From the NCBI GenBank assembly GCA_963675495.1, contig OY776215.1:1248001-1312000 (forward strand): DNA of 64,000 bases, read 5' to 3'. Under the pieces are notes generated by a model, which worked only from the letters and a program-made list of their open reading frames with translations, did not search any database and was not told the DNA's origin. This document shows, in pieces, positions 47,727 to 59,500 of this stretch. The DNA comes from an uncultured Methanolobus sp. GTDB taxonomy: Archaea > Halobacteriota > Methanosarcinia > Methanosarcinales > Methanosarcinaceae. A program made the position numbers and the translations under genes. Position 1 is the first letter of the stretch, and the number at the start of each line of letters is the position of its first letter.

Positions 47727-48833
47727 TCAATAAGATGGATCCATTCCGTCTATCTGTGAAAATGCACGGTCAACTTCTTTTTCGTTGGCAACACGGTCCT
47801 TCTTTGCACGTTCATACTTGATGGCATCCACAGCTACCGCATAAAGGTTCTCAAGTTCGGATGCGGATTCAAGAGTCAGAACTGCGAGTACTTGCGGCAG
47901 TTCGCCATCCCGGACAATAATACCTTTGAAAACGTGACCTACAGAACTTGATAACTGATCAATTTCAGTGGATATCTCATCAATGCTCAGGCGCTCCCGA
48001 TCGCCCCTTATAATAACCATAGCCCTGCTGGCTTCTTCGTAGACATCACTAGAGAACAGTAAACCAGATGGAGAAAGAGCTTTCTGAATAGCGGTCCTCA
48101 CAGGCACATCCGTATCTGCTTCATAGAAACCTATTGTCGCAAGCCCTGCACCACCACTCATGACAGTCTTGAAGTCACCAAGGTCAGTGACCATCATCAT
48201 TTCACTGTCAAGGGCATCTAGCAGGAAAAGGAGGCGTCTGGCCACCATATCATTGATACCGTTGTAAGCGGATTCAACATTGCCACCCATTTGTTTAAGG
48301 AACTGGTTGTCAGCAAGTATAATTCCATCTGCTCCACTTTCACGAATATCTCTTAAGCAAAAAGCGGCATTTTGAAGATAAAGCGTGCCCTCTTCCCTGA
48401 AAGGAAGTACCACTACGGCGTAAACCGGAAAATCATGCTTTTCCTTTAGTTCCTCTACAAGCATGGGGGTAAATGAAGAACCGGTCCCACCTGATGCGGA
48501 TGTTATAACAAAACATACATCGAAGTTGCCTCTTTCCTCTATCTGCCTCATTATATGGGTCTTGTTATCCTCAAAAACATGTTTACCCACATTTCGGTTG
48601 GCTCCAACGCCATGCAAATGAGGAATATGTATCCTGTCCTTTGCTTTTGTGAACTTCATCTCCTTGAGATCATTCACTGCAGTATTGATAGCAATTGTTT
48701 GCACATTGCTTTTGTATTTTTGTTGGGACAAGTATTTGCCAAAGCGGCTTTTTTTACCAAAAGCCTCTCTGTTGATCGCATCCAATATGCGGTTTCCGCA
48801 TTGGCCGTTCCCAACGATGAGTATGTTGAGCAA
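47727..48833 (-). CDS. Divergent tubulin/FtsZ superfamily GTPase (CetZ-like)
   Basis: GNGQCGNRI, AINTA..D, GVGAN, SGGTGS, LPF..EG, DN and D..DF motifs. Confidence 0.85.
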   Translation of the reverse strand: MLNILIVGNGQCGNRILDAINREAFGKKSRFGKYLSQQKYKSNVQTIAINTAVNDLKEMKFTKAKDRIHIPHLHGVGANRNVGKHVFEDNKTHIMRQIEERGNFDVCFVITSASGGTGSSFTPMLVEELKEKHDFPVYAVVVLPFREEGTLYLQNAAFCLRDIRESGADGIILADNQFLKQMGGNVESAYNGINDMVARRLLFLLDALDSEMMMVTDLGDFKTVMSGGAGLATIGFYEADTDVPVRTAIQKALSPSGLLFSSDVYEEASRAMVIIRGDRERLSIDEISTEIDQLSSSVGHVFKGIIVRDGELPQVLAVLTLESASELENLYAVAVDAIKYERAKKDRVANEKEVDRAFSQIDGMDPSY

Positions 48834-48910
48834 TTAATTCCTCCAGATGATAATATAATTATAATCAGATAAATCTTGTGATTGTTTTCCTTTAATTGTA
48901 AATCTATAGA

Positions 48911-50173
48911 TCAGAACTTATATTGTTTGTGCCTGTACAATATCCAGCCGACTATAGCTCCAATTATAACTAAAGGTATTGCATATACATATATAGGCTG
49001 CTCGAAGAGATGATCATATTTACCTTTTGTAACAAATATCTTGTTTGTCACTGATTCCGAGCTGACCTGCTGCAGTTGCGCATCAACGCCATTACTGAAA
49101 AGGTAACTGTTCTGAATAGTGATAGTATAAGTACCTACTTCTGCAGCCTTTAAAATAAAAGAGAATTCTTTTTCCTGCTGAACACCGAAAGATTCAATGT
49201 ATATTGTTGGAACACCTGAGATCGTCTCAATTCCTTGGCCACCTTCAAATTCCAGACCTTCAGGAACCTGAATATTCACTGTCACACCTGTTGCCGAAGT
49301 ATCCCCTGTATTTTTGATCTTAATGGTACCATGGATTCCAGCATTCCTATTAACTGTGTATTTATCAAGGGTTGTTGTGAATTCAAGATCAGCATTCACA
49401 ATATCCTCAGTTGCCCCCACTGTGATCACAGGGGAATTTGATGAAGCTTGTGGGAAATCCAATCCGGCTGTGTTTGAAAAACTGGCGGTAGTAGGTTCTA
49501 AAGTATAGGTACCGGATTCAGTTGCTTTCAACTGATAAACAAATATGGTTTTGGATTCACCCACTTCAACTGACGTGGATCCGGTCTGGCTTACAAAAGA
49601 TTCATATAACAAGAATTTTGCCTGCTGAGGATCCTGGAAGATAACGTCTGTTGCCTCATCGTCACCAACATTTTCAACATTCACGGTTACACGTACAAGG
49701 TCACCTACGTTGAGTTGAGATGTATCAACTGCCTTTGTGATCTTAAGTTCAGGAGTACCTGAATAAACAGCATACTTGTAGCCACCATCAACAATACCAT
49801 TTTCATAGACTTCGCCAATGTTATAGTCGCTAAGGATTATGGAAACCCTGACTACAGGAAGAGTACCACTGCTGACTGATACAAGCGTGACTTCTATTGT
49901 AGAGTCGTCCTCAAAGTCAAATTCATAAGAGTCATCCTCATTTACAAGGAAATCATCAACCTTGTTCCCATTATTGTACACGTAGAATGAGGCGGAATCT
50001 GCACTTGGAAATGCATCTGTAACATCGATGACAAAATTGTTTATCTGGTACCCATCACCCATTGTAATGGTACCATTATACAACTCTACCGCTGCGGAGG
50101 CATTTCCAGCCGTTGCCAGACAGAAAAGAACCATACACAGAGAAATAACAAAGAATCGGGTGAATCGAACCAT
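48911..50173 (-). CDS. Cell-surface protein with DUF11/BatD-like Ig domains and a C-terminal TM anchor
   Basis: Signal peptide; PELKITK.VD...NVGD..V.V.VEN.G; second I.IKN.G...A..V repeat; TM plus basic tail. Confidence 0.75.
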   Translation of the reverse strand: MVRFTRFFVISLCMVLFCLATAGNASAAVELYNGTITMGDGYQINNFVIDVTDAFPSADSASFYVYNNGNKVDDFLVNEDDSYEFDFEDDSTIEVTLVSVSSGTLPVVRVSIILSDYNIGEVYENGIVDGGYKYAVYSGTPELKITKAVDTSQLNVGDLVRVTVNVENVGDDEATDVIFQDPQQAKFLLYESFVSQTGSTSVEVGESKTIFVYQLKATESGTYTLEPTTASFSNTAGLDFPQASSNSPVITVGATEDIVNADLEFTTTLDKYTVNRNAGIHGTIKIKNTGDTSATGVTVNIQVPEGLEFEGGQGIETISGVPTIYIESFGVQQEKEFSFILKAAEVGTYTITIQNSYLFSNGVDAQLQQVSSESVTNKIFVTKGKYDHLFEQPIYVYAIPLVIIGAIVGWILYRHKQYKF

Positions 50174-50308
50174 ATTTTCCTCAGGAAGTCAGAATTTGAT
50201 TTTGTTTTTCAGTAAAATACGCTGTTTTTGATATAAATCTTATGATTATAATCGTTTTTAAAATTTGCGTGAGAACAAGCATTTATCGATATATGTTTCG
50301 CAAATCGC

Positions 50309-51136
50309 TCATATAGTGAATTCAAGACTGACATCTATCCATCTAGCCTGATGAACAAGAGAACCCATGGATATTACATCGACTCCTGTCTTTGCATACT
50401 CTTCCAGATTATCCATGCTGATACCACCAGAAACCTCTATTAGAATGTGTTCAGGAATCGATGATCTTTTCAGCGTTTCCACAGTATCAATGACCGAAGC
50501 GGGACCCATATTGTCAAGCATTATAATATCAGCCCCTGCTCTTGCGGCCGTCAGGGCATCTGCAACAGACTCAACCTCAACCTCTATTTTCTGTGTGAAA
50601 CCTGCCTTTTCCTTAGCAGATAACAAAGCAGCTTCCACACCCATCATTTTCACGTGGTTGTCCTTTATCATTATAGTATCTGAAAGGTTGAATCTGTGAG
50701 GGTCACCACCACCTGCTATCACTGCCATTTTTTCATATTTGCGAAGTCCCGGTGTCGTCTTCCTTGTGCATGCGATCCTTACATCCGAATACGTGCGTGC
50801 TATGTCTATGCATCTTCTTGTATTCGTTGCTACTCCACAAAGATGACCAAGGAAGTTAAGGACGAGTCTTTCTGCCCTAAGGATAGAAAGAGAACTCCCA
50901 CTTAAGGAAAATATTGTATCACCTTTAGAGAGACTGTCACCGTCCAAGTGGTTTGTAGCATAACCTACCCCCAAATAATCAAAGAAAGAACGTGCAACAT
51001 CAAGTCCTGCCAGTGTACAGTCCTCTTTCGTGAAAATAACAGCCTCCACGTGCCTTTCGGGAACAAGCTTACAGGAATTATCATTGTAACCCAGATCCTC
51101 TTCAAGGAAACTCTCTATTTCATGTGTGAACATCAT
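50309..51136 (-). CDS. nadC: Quinolinate phosphoribosyltransferase
   Basis: AERLVLN, TRKTTPG, HR..LSD..MIKDNH, EVEV, MLDN, EVSGG. Confidence 0.95.
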   Translation of the reverse strand: MMFTHEIESFLEEDLGYNDNSCKLVPERHVEAVIFTKEDCTLAGLDVARSFFDYLGVGYATNHLDGDSLSKGDTIFSLSGSSLSILRAERLVLNFLGHLCGVATNTRRCIDIARTYSDVRIACTRKTTPGLRKYEKMAVIAGGGDPHRFNLSDTIMIKDNHVKMMGVEAALLSAKEKAGFTQKIEVEVESVADALTAARAGADIIMLDNMGPASVIDTVETLKRSSIPEHILIEVSGGISMDNLEEYAKTGVDVISMGSLVHQARWIDVSLEFTI

Positions 51137-51264
51137 GTTACCTATACGTATGTACAGTAAAGTGATTTATATTCTTTCAGCATATAAGCAAAACCTACTT
51201 AACTAATCAATATAAGCAGTAATCAACAAATCTACTTAATAGGCTCAATTTTCAGGGATAAATA

Positions 51265-52080
51265 ATGCTCAAGATAGGACTTATTGGCTGTGGAACAATC
51301 GGAACCAGCATATGCAAAGCCATTGATGATGGCATCATTGAAGCAGAGCTTTTTGCTATTTATGACAGGAATGTGGATGATGTGGAAAGACTTTTGTCCA
51401 CTCTGAAAAGATCCAAAGCTCAGGTAATAGAACCTGCTGCAATGATAAAACAGATAGACCTTCTTGTGGAATGTGCTTCACAGGAAGCTGTCTATGAGGT
51501 AATACCAGTAGCCTTACACGCACATTGTGATGTTATGATAATGAGTGTAGGTGCTTTTGCAGACGAGAAACTACGTAAGACCATAAAGGAACTTGCAAAA
51601 GATAACAACTGCAAGGTGTATCTCCCCTCTGGAGCTATTGTCGGGCTTGACGGACTCAAATCTGCTTCAACCGGGGAAATATACTCAGTCACACTCACGA
51701 CCCAAAAACCGCCAAGAGGACTTGCGGGCGCTCCTTATGTTATCAGGAACAAGATCGATCTGGACAAGATCAACGGGAAAACTGTTCTTTTTGAAGGGAC
51801 TGCCAGTGAAGCTGTAAAAGCCTTCCCTGCAAATGTCAATGTTGCTGCAACCCTAAGCATTGCAGGTATTGGTTTTGAAAAAACCAAGGTAAGAATAGTA
51901 GCAAATCCGGCACTGATACGCAACATACACGAGATATCCGTTGAAGGTGCGTTCGGAGAGTTTACAACACGGGTCGAGAATGTCCCGTCTCCCACAAACC
52001 CAAAGAGCAGCTATCTTGCATCCCTCTCTGCCATAGCTACCCTTAAAAAAATATCCAATCCGTTCCAGACTGGAACGTAA
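51265..52080 (+). CDS. nadX: L-aspartate dehydrogenase
   Basis: GLIGCGTIG, ECAS, SVGA, PSGAI.GLD, FPANVNVAA, NP.SS; upstream of nadA. Confidence 0.93.
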   Translation: MLKIGLIGCGTIGTSICKAIDDGIIEAELFAIYDRNVDDVERLLSTLKRSKAQVIEPAAMIKQIDLLVECASQEAVYEVIPVALHAHCDVMIMSVGAFADEKLRKTIKELAKDNNCKVYLPSGAIVGLDGLKSASTGEIYSVTLTTQKPPRGLAGAPYVIRNKIDLDKINGKTVLFEGTASEAVKAFPANVNVAATLSIAGIGFEKTKVRIVANPALIRNIHEISVEGAFGEFTTRVENVPSPTNPKSSYLASLSAIATLKKISNPFQTGT

Positions 52081-52138
52081 ACTGGAAATTACAGTAATCT
52101 ATTTCCAATATATTCATTAAATTGATTTTTGGACAGAA

Positions 52139-53083
52139 TTGTCACTTACAAAAGGTTATGATCTAATGCAGGACACTCAACATATCATTGAAAAGATACA
52201 GGAGTTAAAAAAAGAACGTAATGCTGTCATCCTTGCGCACAACTATGAGAGAGGAGAGATACAGGACATTGCAGACTTTACAGGAGATTCATTGGGACTG
52301 AGCAGACAGGCAATGGAAAAGGAAGCTGAAGTCATAGTGTTTTGTGGAGTACATTTTATGGCTGAAAGTGCAGCCATCCTGAGTCCTGAAAAAACTGTGC
52401 TCCTGCCGGAAAAATATGCAGGTTGTCCTATGGCATCAATGATAACTGCCGATGCATTACGCGAGGAAAAAAAGAAATATCCTGATGCTGCAGTCGTGTG
52501 TTACGTAAACTCAACAGCCGATGTGAAAGCAGAGAGTGACATCTGCTGTACTTCAGCAAATGCAGTTGAAGTCGTCAATTCCCTTGAAGAAAATGAGATA
52601 TTGTTCGTCCCTGACAAGAATCTTGCAGACTATGTTTCCAGGTACAGCACAAAAAAGATAATCCCCTGGGAAGGATACTGCCCCACACATAACCAGATAC
52701 TTGTTACAGATGTCATCAAGGCTAAGGAAAATCATCCAGGTGCCGAAGTACTTGCACACCCGGAATGTCGCAGGGATGTAATCGATATATCAGACAAGGT
52801 ATTCAGCACCACCGGAATGGTTGAGTATGCCAAGAACTCAGGAAATGAGTTTATCATTGCTACCGAAAACGGAATCCTTCACAAACTAAAAAAAGACAAT
52901 CCAGGAAAGAGATTCTATGATGTCTCTGAGTTTGCTGTCTGTCCGGAGATGAAAGCCATTGATCTTGGCTCATTGCTAAGCTCACTTGAAAAGATGCAAC
53001 ATGTGATTACTGTTCCTGAAAATATCAGGGTCAAAGCCAGAATAGCACTTGACCGGATGCTTGAAGTGAAACGAAACAGGTAA
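52139..53083 (+). CDS. nadA: Quinolinate synthase
   Basis: [41 protein letters not shown]; true start may be ATG 52166. Confidence 0.95.
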   Translation: MSLTKGYDLMQDTQHIIEKIQELKKERNAVILAHNYERGEIQDIADFTGDSLGLSRQAMEKEAEVIVFCGVHFMAESAAILSPEKTVLLPEKYAGCPMASMITADALREEKKKYPDAAVVCYVNSTADVKAESDICCTSANAVEVVNSLEENEILFVPDKNLADYVSRYSTKKIIPWEGYCPTHNQILVTDVIKAKENHPGAEVLAHPECRRDVIDISDKVFSTTGMVEYAKNSGNEFIIATENGILHKLKKDNPGKRFYDVSEFAVCPEMKAIDLGSLLSSLEKMQHVITVPENIRVKARIALDRMLEVKRNR

Positions 53084-53091
53084 CCTATAGC

Positions 53092-53943
53092 ATGCAAGCA
53101 CACCTGAAATTGATGCGTTCGGGCAATTGCCTCATGGCAGCCATTGCCGCCATTGTTGGAATTTTTATAGCCTACAACATCGTTGTAGCCAATAATCCAT
53201 ATTACATTCAATTCCCGATACTTGATGCAACAAAAGTATTCCTTGTAGTCTTTCTGATAACTGGTGCAGGTAATTCCATCAATGACTATTTTGATGTTGA
53301 GATTGACAGGATAAATAAACCTGAAAGACCAATACCTTCCGGAAACATCGGTCTTAAGAACGCCTTATATTTCTCACTGGCACTCTTTGCAATTGGTACT
53401 CTTCTGGCAACATCCATAAACCTGATATGTGGCTCTATTGCCCTCATTAACTCTCTTTTACTCATATATTATGCAAGTAGCTTGAAACGCACAGCACTCT
53501 TGGGAAACATTTCTGTTGGATACCTTACAGGTTCCACATTCCTCTTTGGTGGTGCGGCGTTCTTTGAAAAAGGAGGAATCAACGGAATATTTGTGCTTTT
53601 CCTGCTGGCAACCCTGGCAACCATAGCCCGCGAAATAGTAAAAGATATAGAAGATATTGAAGGCGACAGTAAAGACGGAGCTCGCACACTCCCAATAATC
53701 ATCGGAGCAAAAAAGGCAGCATATCTGGCATCATTGATAGGTTTTGTTGCAGTATTAGCAAGCCCGCTGCCTTACCTGCAGTCACTCATGAGCATACGCT
53801 ACCTGTTAATAGTTGCTTTAGCTGACATGCTCTTTATCGTTGCTGTTTATCAGATACTTGGGAAGAATGATCCGGCAAAGTCATCAAAAATGTTCAAGAT
53901 GGCAATGGCCTTTGCACTCATATCTTTCATAGCCGGTACCTGA
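53092..53943 (+). CDS. Digeranylgeranylglyceryl phosphate synthase (UbiA family)
   Basis: [21 protein letters not shown]; [13 protein letters not shown]...GARTLP. Confidence 0.9.
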   Translation: MQAHLKLMRSGNCLMAAIAAIVGIFIAYNIVVANNPYYIQFPILDATKVFLVVFLITGAGNSINDYFDVEIDRINKPERPIPSGNIGLKNALYFSLALFAIGTLLATSINLICGSIALINSLLLIYYASSLKRTALLGNISVGYLTGSTFLFGGAAFFEKGGINGIFVLFLLATLATIAREIVKDIEDIEGDSKDGARTLPIIIGAKKAAYLASLIGFVAVLASPLPYLQSLMSIRYLLIVALADMLFIVAVYQILGKNDPAKSSKMFKMAMAFALISFIAGT

Positions 53944-53945
53944 TA

Positions 53946-55160
53946 TCAATATATAGTTATCATACCCCTGGCAAGCTGCATACAGAAATCCTGAATGTGT
54001 TCGAGTTCAAAATCAATGACTTCCTCAACTTCTGCTTTTACAGAATCCACTGACCCTCTTTCCATAATGATCTGGGCTGCCGCCACCTTTGGAGTATCGA
54101 TAGGAACACCGATGTCACTCAGCAGCCATACGTATGCCTCTTTCACATCAGGCACATTTTCCACAATTCTTCCGGCAATATGATGAGACAGGACATTGTA
54201 TATTTTGCCCACGTGACTCACCGGATTCTTTCCTGCTGCTGCTTCACTACTGACCGGACGGTTCAGGGGTATTATACCATTCACACGATTACCACGACCA
54301 ACCTGACCGCAGTCGGCATCTTCAGCTGATGTGCCTGTAACACTTGTATAGATCCCATCCATACCACGACCGTCAATATCGAGATTATTGAACGAGACAG
54401 ATGTGTTCATATGAACACCTTTATCCTCCATATAAGAAACCAGATATCCATTCATAACTCCAAAAAGGTCTTTCTTCATATTGAAATAATGTTGCTCGGA
54501 ATCAACAAAAGAGTCGATAAGTGGCATAGCAACCGTTATGTCAAATTTAGTACCCCGTCTTATACCCATGACCTTTACATCTTCCCCGGATTCGGGATAT
54601 TCCTCCTTGAACTGGGCAGAGTTCAGATGCTTTTCCATATCCAGTACTGCCTGTTCAGTGAAAGAAAGAGGAGCGTAGCCTACTGCAGCCGATGTGTCAT
54701 TGGAACCAAGTATACCTTTTTGTCTCCTGAAGATGTCCGTAAGTTCTGCAGAACCGGGCTTGAGTTCTACCTGATATTCCACAAAATCCGGCTGCACAAA
54801 ACGTAACTTCTCATCAAACCATCTTCTTGCAGTATCCACTGCGATATTGGCAACATCGACCTCTGTACCTTCTACCTTGAAAGTTGCACGGTCGCCAATA
54901 ACAAGACGCATGGGTTCAACTACAATACCCCCACCAAAGATTCCAGCAGTCTCTCCGGCGACAAGCAGGCATTTATCTGTATTATGATGTAAGATCGTAT
55001 CAAACTTCTCAAGGTATTCATTACATAAATTAACAGATATCTGATCCATGATAGCATCGCAGATACTGTCAGGATGACCTAGTCCCTTTCTTTCAACGAT
55101 CTCAAGGTTTTGTTCAGGAGCACTTGCTGCCCTGAATTTCTCTACGGTTATATTTCTCAG
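53946..55160 (-). CDS. mat: Archaeal S-adenosylmethionine synthetase
   Basis: EIVERKGLGHPDSICD, HHNTDK, NDTS, GEDVKVM, GRGNR.NG, EAAAGKNPV.HVGKIYN. Probable CTG start at 55160 (ORF track 55175). Confidence 0.95.
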   Translation of the reverse strand: MRNITVEKFRAASAPEQNLEIVERKGLGHPDSICDAIMDQISVNLCNEYLEKFDTILHHNTDKCLLVAGETAGIFGGGIVVEPMRLVIGDRATFKVEGTEVDVANIAVDTARRWFDEKLRFVQPDFVEYQVELKPGSAELTDIFRRQKGILGSNDTSAAVGYAPLSFTEQAVLDMEKHLNSAQFKEEYPESGEDVKVMGIRRGTKFDITVAMPLIDSFVDSEQHYFNMKKDLFGVMNGYLVSYMEDKGVHMNTSVSFNNLDIDGRGMDGIYTSVTGTSAEDADCGQVGRGNRVNGIIPLNRPVSSEAAAGKNPVSHVGKIYNVLSHHIAGRIVENVPDVKEAYVWLLSDIGVPIDTPKVAAAQIIMERGSVDSVKAEVEEVIDFELEHIQDFCMQLARGMITIY

Positions 55161-55240
55161 TTTTACCCCTCCCAAGGATTACTGACCACTATCGGCAGTT
55201 AGTATATGCAATTTTAATTAGAATGGCATTGAATTAATAA

Positions 55241-55945
55241 CTACTCATTTTCAGAAGGAACTATTCCGGATGATTCTACATGCTTCAGATATTCCTGCAA
55301 TATCATTGGGAACGTACTTGCAGGTACAAACCTGACACCAAGTTCCTCAGCCCATTTCTGTATTCCAAAATCACTGGCAACAACAGCAGCATCAAGCTCT
55401 TTTGCAAGTATAAGAACATCGATATCAGGAGCACTGTCAAGAATACCATAACGAAGAGCTGAACGGTATTTGTTCCTGAATTTACCGATGTGCCCGCCAA
55501 TTACTCTTTTTTCGATATCGAAACTAATATCCTTTTTAGTCTCTGCTTTAGTATCGGTTAACAGACACTCAGTAGATGCATCCCAGATAGTTTCCTCAGC
55601 AATGACCATCCCCTTGTTGATACGTTCACGCATGTATGATACATACTCATGGAATACCTTGGACGGAATCGGCACATTATATCTATCAGGAGCCTTCTTC
55701 ACAAGCCATGTATCTATCTTTGCGATAACATCGTCATCACAATCGTTGTTCTGAGCAAACTCACGTAGTTCCTTGTAAACCGATGGGAATGGAACATAAC
55801 AACTAATACCAAGATTTAATCTGGAACTGGCTATAAGCTCCAGTACCTCCCTCATTCCCCCACATACACCATCCTCTCCAAGCTTCTCCCTTGTCTGTAA
55901 ATCGGTCAATGCAGTAGTGTCCAGAACAAAACGTTGCCTTAGAAT
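55241..55945 (-). CDS. Protein-only RNase P HARP (Aq880/UPF0278, PIN_5 family)
   Basis: Extended frame gives [13 protein letters not shown]; R.RINKG; R.KYR.ALR.GILDS..D.DVL.LA.EL; D.GI.KWA. Start ATT 55945 after GGAGGG. Confidence 0.88.
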   Translation of the reverse strand: MLRQRFVLDTTALTDLQTREKLGEDGVCGGMREVLELIASSRLNLGISCYVPFPSVYKELREFAQNNDCDDDVIAKIDTWLVKKAPDRYNVPIPSKVFHEYVSYMRERINKGMVIAEETIWDASTECLLTDTKAETKKDISFDIEKRVIGGHIGKFRNKYRSALRYGILDSAPDIDVLILAKELDAAVVASDFGIQKWAEELGVRFVPASTFPMILQEYLKHVESSGIVPSENE

Positions 55946-56157
55946 ACAATCCCTCCATCATGAATAATTATATAATGATGGTGTTACTCGGGTTAAAGTA
56001 TTTTTGGTAGTATTTTGGTGTAGTTCATGTTGCCAATTGTGTCGTGAACAGACAAACAATCTATTTTTGAGTATAAATATAAAAAATTATTAATAGAAAT
56101 TATATATATCTTTGAAGATATAAACCAAATTATACATTCACCAATAAAGGAAACACC

Positions 56158-56523
56158 ATGACCAATATACTTGTTGTAGAAGACAATTCCATGAATATGG
56201 AACTTGTTACATACCTCCTTGAAGCTAACGGAATAAACACCACACAAGCTTTCAATGGTCTTGAAGCACTTGAAAAAGTACATGAAAAATCTTTTGATCT
56301 GATACTTCTGGATATTCAGCTACCAGGAATAGACGGAATTGAAGTTTTGAGGAGAATGAAAGATGAACTAAAATTAACAGATCTATCTGTTGTAGCTCTA
56401 ACGGCACACGCCATGAAAGGAGATGAGAAACACTTCATCGAAGCAGGATGTATCGGCTATATCTCCAAACCCATCGATGTCGCACAATTCATGGAACAAA
56501 TAAATGCTTTTTTGGGAAATTGA
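56158..56523 (+). CDS. Single-domain (DivK/CheY-like) response regulator
   Basis: ILVVEDN, LLDIQLP, LTA, YISKP. Confidence 0.92.
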   Translation: MTNILVVEDNSMNMELVTYLLEANGINTTQAFNGLEALEKVHEKSFDLILLDIQLPGIDGIEVLRRMKDELKLTDLSVVALTAHAMKGDEKHFIEAGCIGYISKPIDVAQFMEQINAFLGN

Positions 56524-56534
56524 AGGTGCAATGA

Positions 56535-59500
56535 ATGAAAATACGCAATAAAACACTAGCTATAATCGGAATAGCCTTCACAATCCTATTCATATGCCTC
56601 ATAGGAGCAACAGAATACATAATAGGCAACAATTCTGACGAATTAGAAATAAATCAGATAAACAAGGATGTGGAAAGGGCAAGTTTTGCATTTGAAACAG
56701 AGCTTCTATTCATAGAAGCTGTTGCTTCCGATTGGGCACTGTGGGATGACTCATACTATTTTGTGCAGGGGGAATATGATGGATATGTTGATTCAAATCT
56801 GGACGCGGAGACTTTGGCAAATCTAGGGCTGAACATGGTTCTCTTCTATGATGTTTCCAATCAGCCATATTATGTAACGGGAGCAGATATTGAAACCTAT
56901 GAGGAGATAGAAATATCCGATACATTTATCGAATATATATCGTCGCAGGAAATATTGTTCTCCCACCCTACTGTATATGATAGTGTATTAGGAATCATGA
57001 ACTCTCCCCAAGGACCATTACTCATTGCATCCAACCCCATCACTACGAGTACAAGGGAAGGAAAAATAGCAGGCTCCTTTATAGCTGCCAGATATCTGGA
57101 TGATTCATTCATAGAGATGCTGGAAGAGAAAACGATTCTTGACATTGATATAGTACCTGTTGACCCAAAAGAAAGCACATCAGAAAAGGACTCATCAGAA
57201 CTCCTGGCTTCCGGAACTGAAAACACAGAGATAAAATTCCTGAGCGAAAGTTCAGCACTTGGAACCAGATTCCTGACAGACATTAACGGAGAAAACATAA
57301 TGTCCCTTAATGTGGAAATTCCCAGGACTATACACAAACAGTCAATCATGGCAAGAGAATACCTGTTTGTTATGATTATTTGTCTTGGTCTATTCTTCGG
57401 ATTGTTGACTAGTTTGGCAATGGAGAGAACGGTACTCTCACCAATATCATTGCTGAACACCAATCTTACAACCATCACAAAAAGTGGATCACTCACCTCC
57501 CGTCTGAAAGTCACAGGAAATGATGAGCTTGCAGGACTTGCAGGAAGCATCAACTATATGGTAGAATCCCTGGAAGAAAAAGGCAATATCCTTGAAACAC
57601 TGGACATACTGGAATCAAGCCTTGAATCCATAGATACAGGAATAATGGTCGTGGACAGGAATTCACGAATAATAATGAATTCAAAATTCATCGATATGTG
57701 GGATTTGAGTGTTGATACCCTGCAACAGAACAATGTAACAGAGATTCTAAAACACGTAGTTTCAATCTCAAAAAACGATGATGGAAATACCGAGAATATA
57801 GAAAAGTTACAAACTGTTTACAACCAGGAAACTACAAATCTAAATCTCAAAAACAGACTAACCTATGAATGGCATTCAGGCCCATTACTACACAATGGGA
57901 ACGAAATAGGAGCAGTTTATTCTGTCAATGATATTACAGACAGGGTAAGGGTCCGCCTAATGGAACATGAAAGTAAACAAAGAATGGAAACCGTCATTTC
58001 CAATATTATCTCCGGAATTCTTGTAATCGATGCAAATACCCACAAGATAATCGATTCAAATCCTGCATCTGAATCTATGATAGGCCTTCCTAAAGAAAAA
58101 ATAATTGGCAACATATGCCATGAATTTATATGCCCTGCTGAAAATGGGAATTGTCCCATCACCGACAATGGATCAACATGCGACAGGGCAGAGCGTATAT
58201 TGATAGACAGGTCGGGAAACAAAGTACCCATACTAAAATCAGTGGTTGCAGCTGACTTTTCCGGAAGAGAAGTCCTCATTGAGAGTTTTGTAGACCTAAC
58301 CAAAATAAAGGAAGCAGAACAAAGCCTTATAGAAGCCAAGCTTGCTGCAGAGTCTGCAAACCGTTCCAAGAGCGATTTTCTTGCAACCATGAGCCATGAA
58401 TTGCGCACTCCACTCAACTCAATCATTGGGTTCTCTGATCTCATCATCGGTGGTAGTGTTGGAGATGTGAGTGACATGCAGAAAAAATTCCTTGGAAATA
58501 TATCCACAAGTGGAAAGCACCTACTGTCCCTAATAAACAATGTGCTGGATATTTCCAAGATCGAGGCTGGAAAGATGGAAATTGACTTGGAACTGTTCCC
58601 TCTTGATGAAACACTGACTGAAGTTAAGCAACTGATAGAACCTCTAACAAATAAAAAAGACCTTAGTATAGAATTCCATATCGATGGAAAACTCACTCAT
58701 ATGTATGCTGACAAGACCAGATTCAAACAGATAATGTTCAATCTTATAAGCAATGCCATCAAGTTCACTCCAGAAGGTGGAAAAATAGACATCTGTGCAA
58801 GTATAAAGGAGAATAAGGCACTCTTTGCTGTAAAAGATACTGGTATAGGAATATCTGATGAGAACAAGAGTCAGTTGTTCCAGCCATTCACACAAGTCGA
58901 TTCTGCTACAAACCGTCACTATGAAGGAACAGGACTTGGACTTTCCCTTGTGAAAAAGTTCCTGGAATTGCATAAAGGAAATATCTGGCTCGAAAGTACA
59001 CCTGGAGAAGGATCAACTTTCATATTTGAACTACCTCTGAAAGAAAATACTAATCTTACTGACACAGAAGAAGTAGACATGAACCAAAATGGAACTTTGC
59101 TAGCCCTGCCCAGAATAACCGAACCTGATATGTCAAATGGAAACGAGCCGTTGATACTTGTAGTGGAAGACGATGATGCTTCAAGGGAACTGTTGGAATA
59201 TACTCTGGTTCATGAAGGATATCGTGTGGCATCGGCACCCAGTGGAAAAGAAGCACTCGAGTTTGCAAAAGTCATGGACCCCTTTGCCATAACCCTCGAC
59301 ATAATGATGCCGGGAATGGATGGATGGGATGTACTCAAATATTTGAAGCAGGAAAAAGGTACTCGGGATATCCCAGTTGTCATCACATCAATGGTCGATG
59401 AGAAAAAGACTGGCATTGTTTGGGGAGCTGCAGAATACTTTATCAAACCCGTGGAAAAAGAAGTACTACTTTCCACAATGGACAAATTGAAAGAAAAAGT

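Noticed and set aside
43291-53083. Functional clustering of LarA with nadC/nadX/nadA (the nickel-pincer cofactor derives from NaAD)
   Set aside because: About 6 kb and several unrelated genes apart, and no larB/C/E in the window; not evidence of a pathway cluster
56897-58696. Long antisense ORFs (218 and 259 aa) opposite the hybrid kinase, and similar shadows elsewhere (e.g. 8748-9347, 36457-37038)
   Set aside because: Ser/Ile-rich mirror frames of well-supported genes, with no independent motifs
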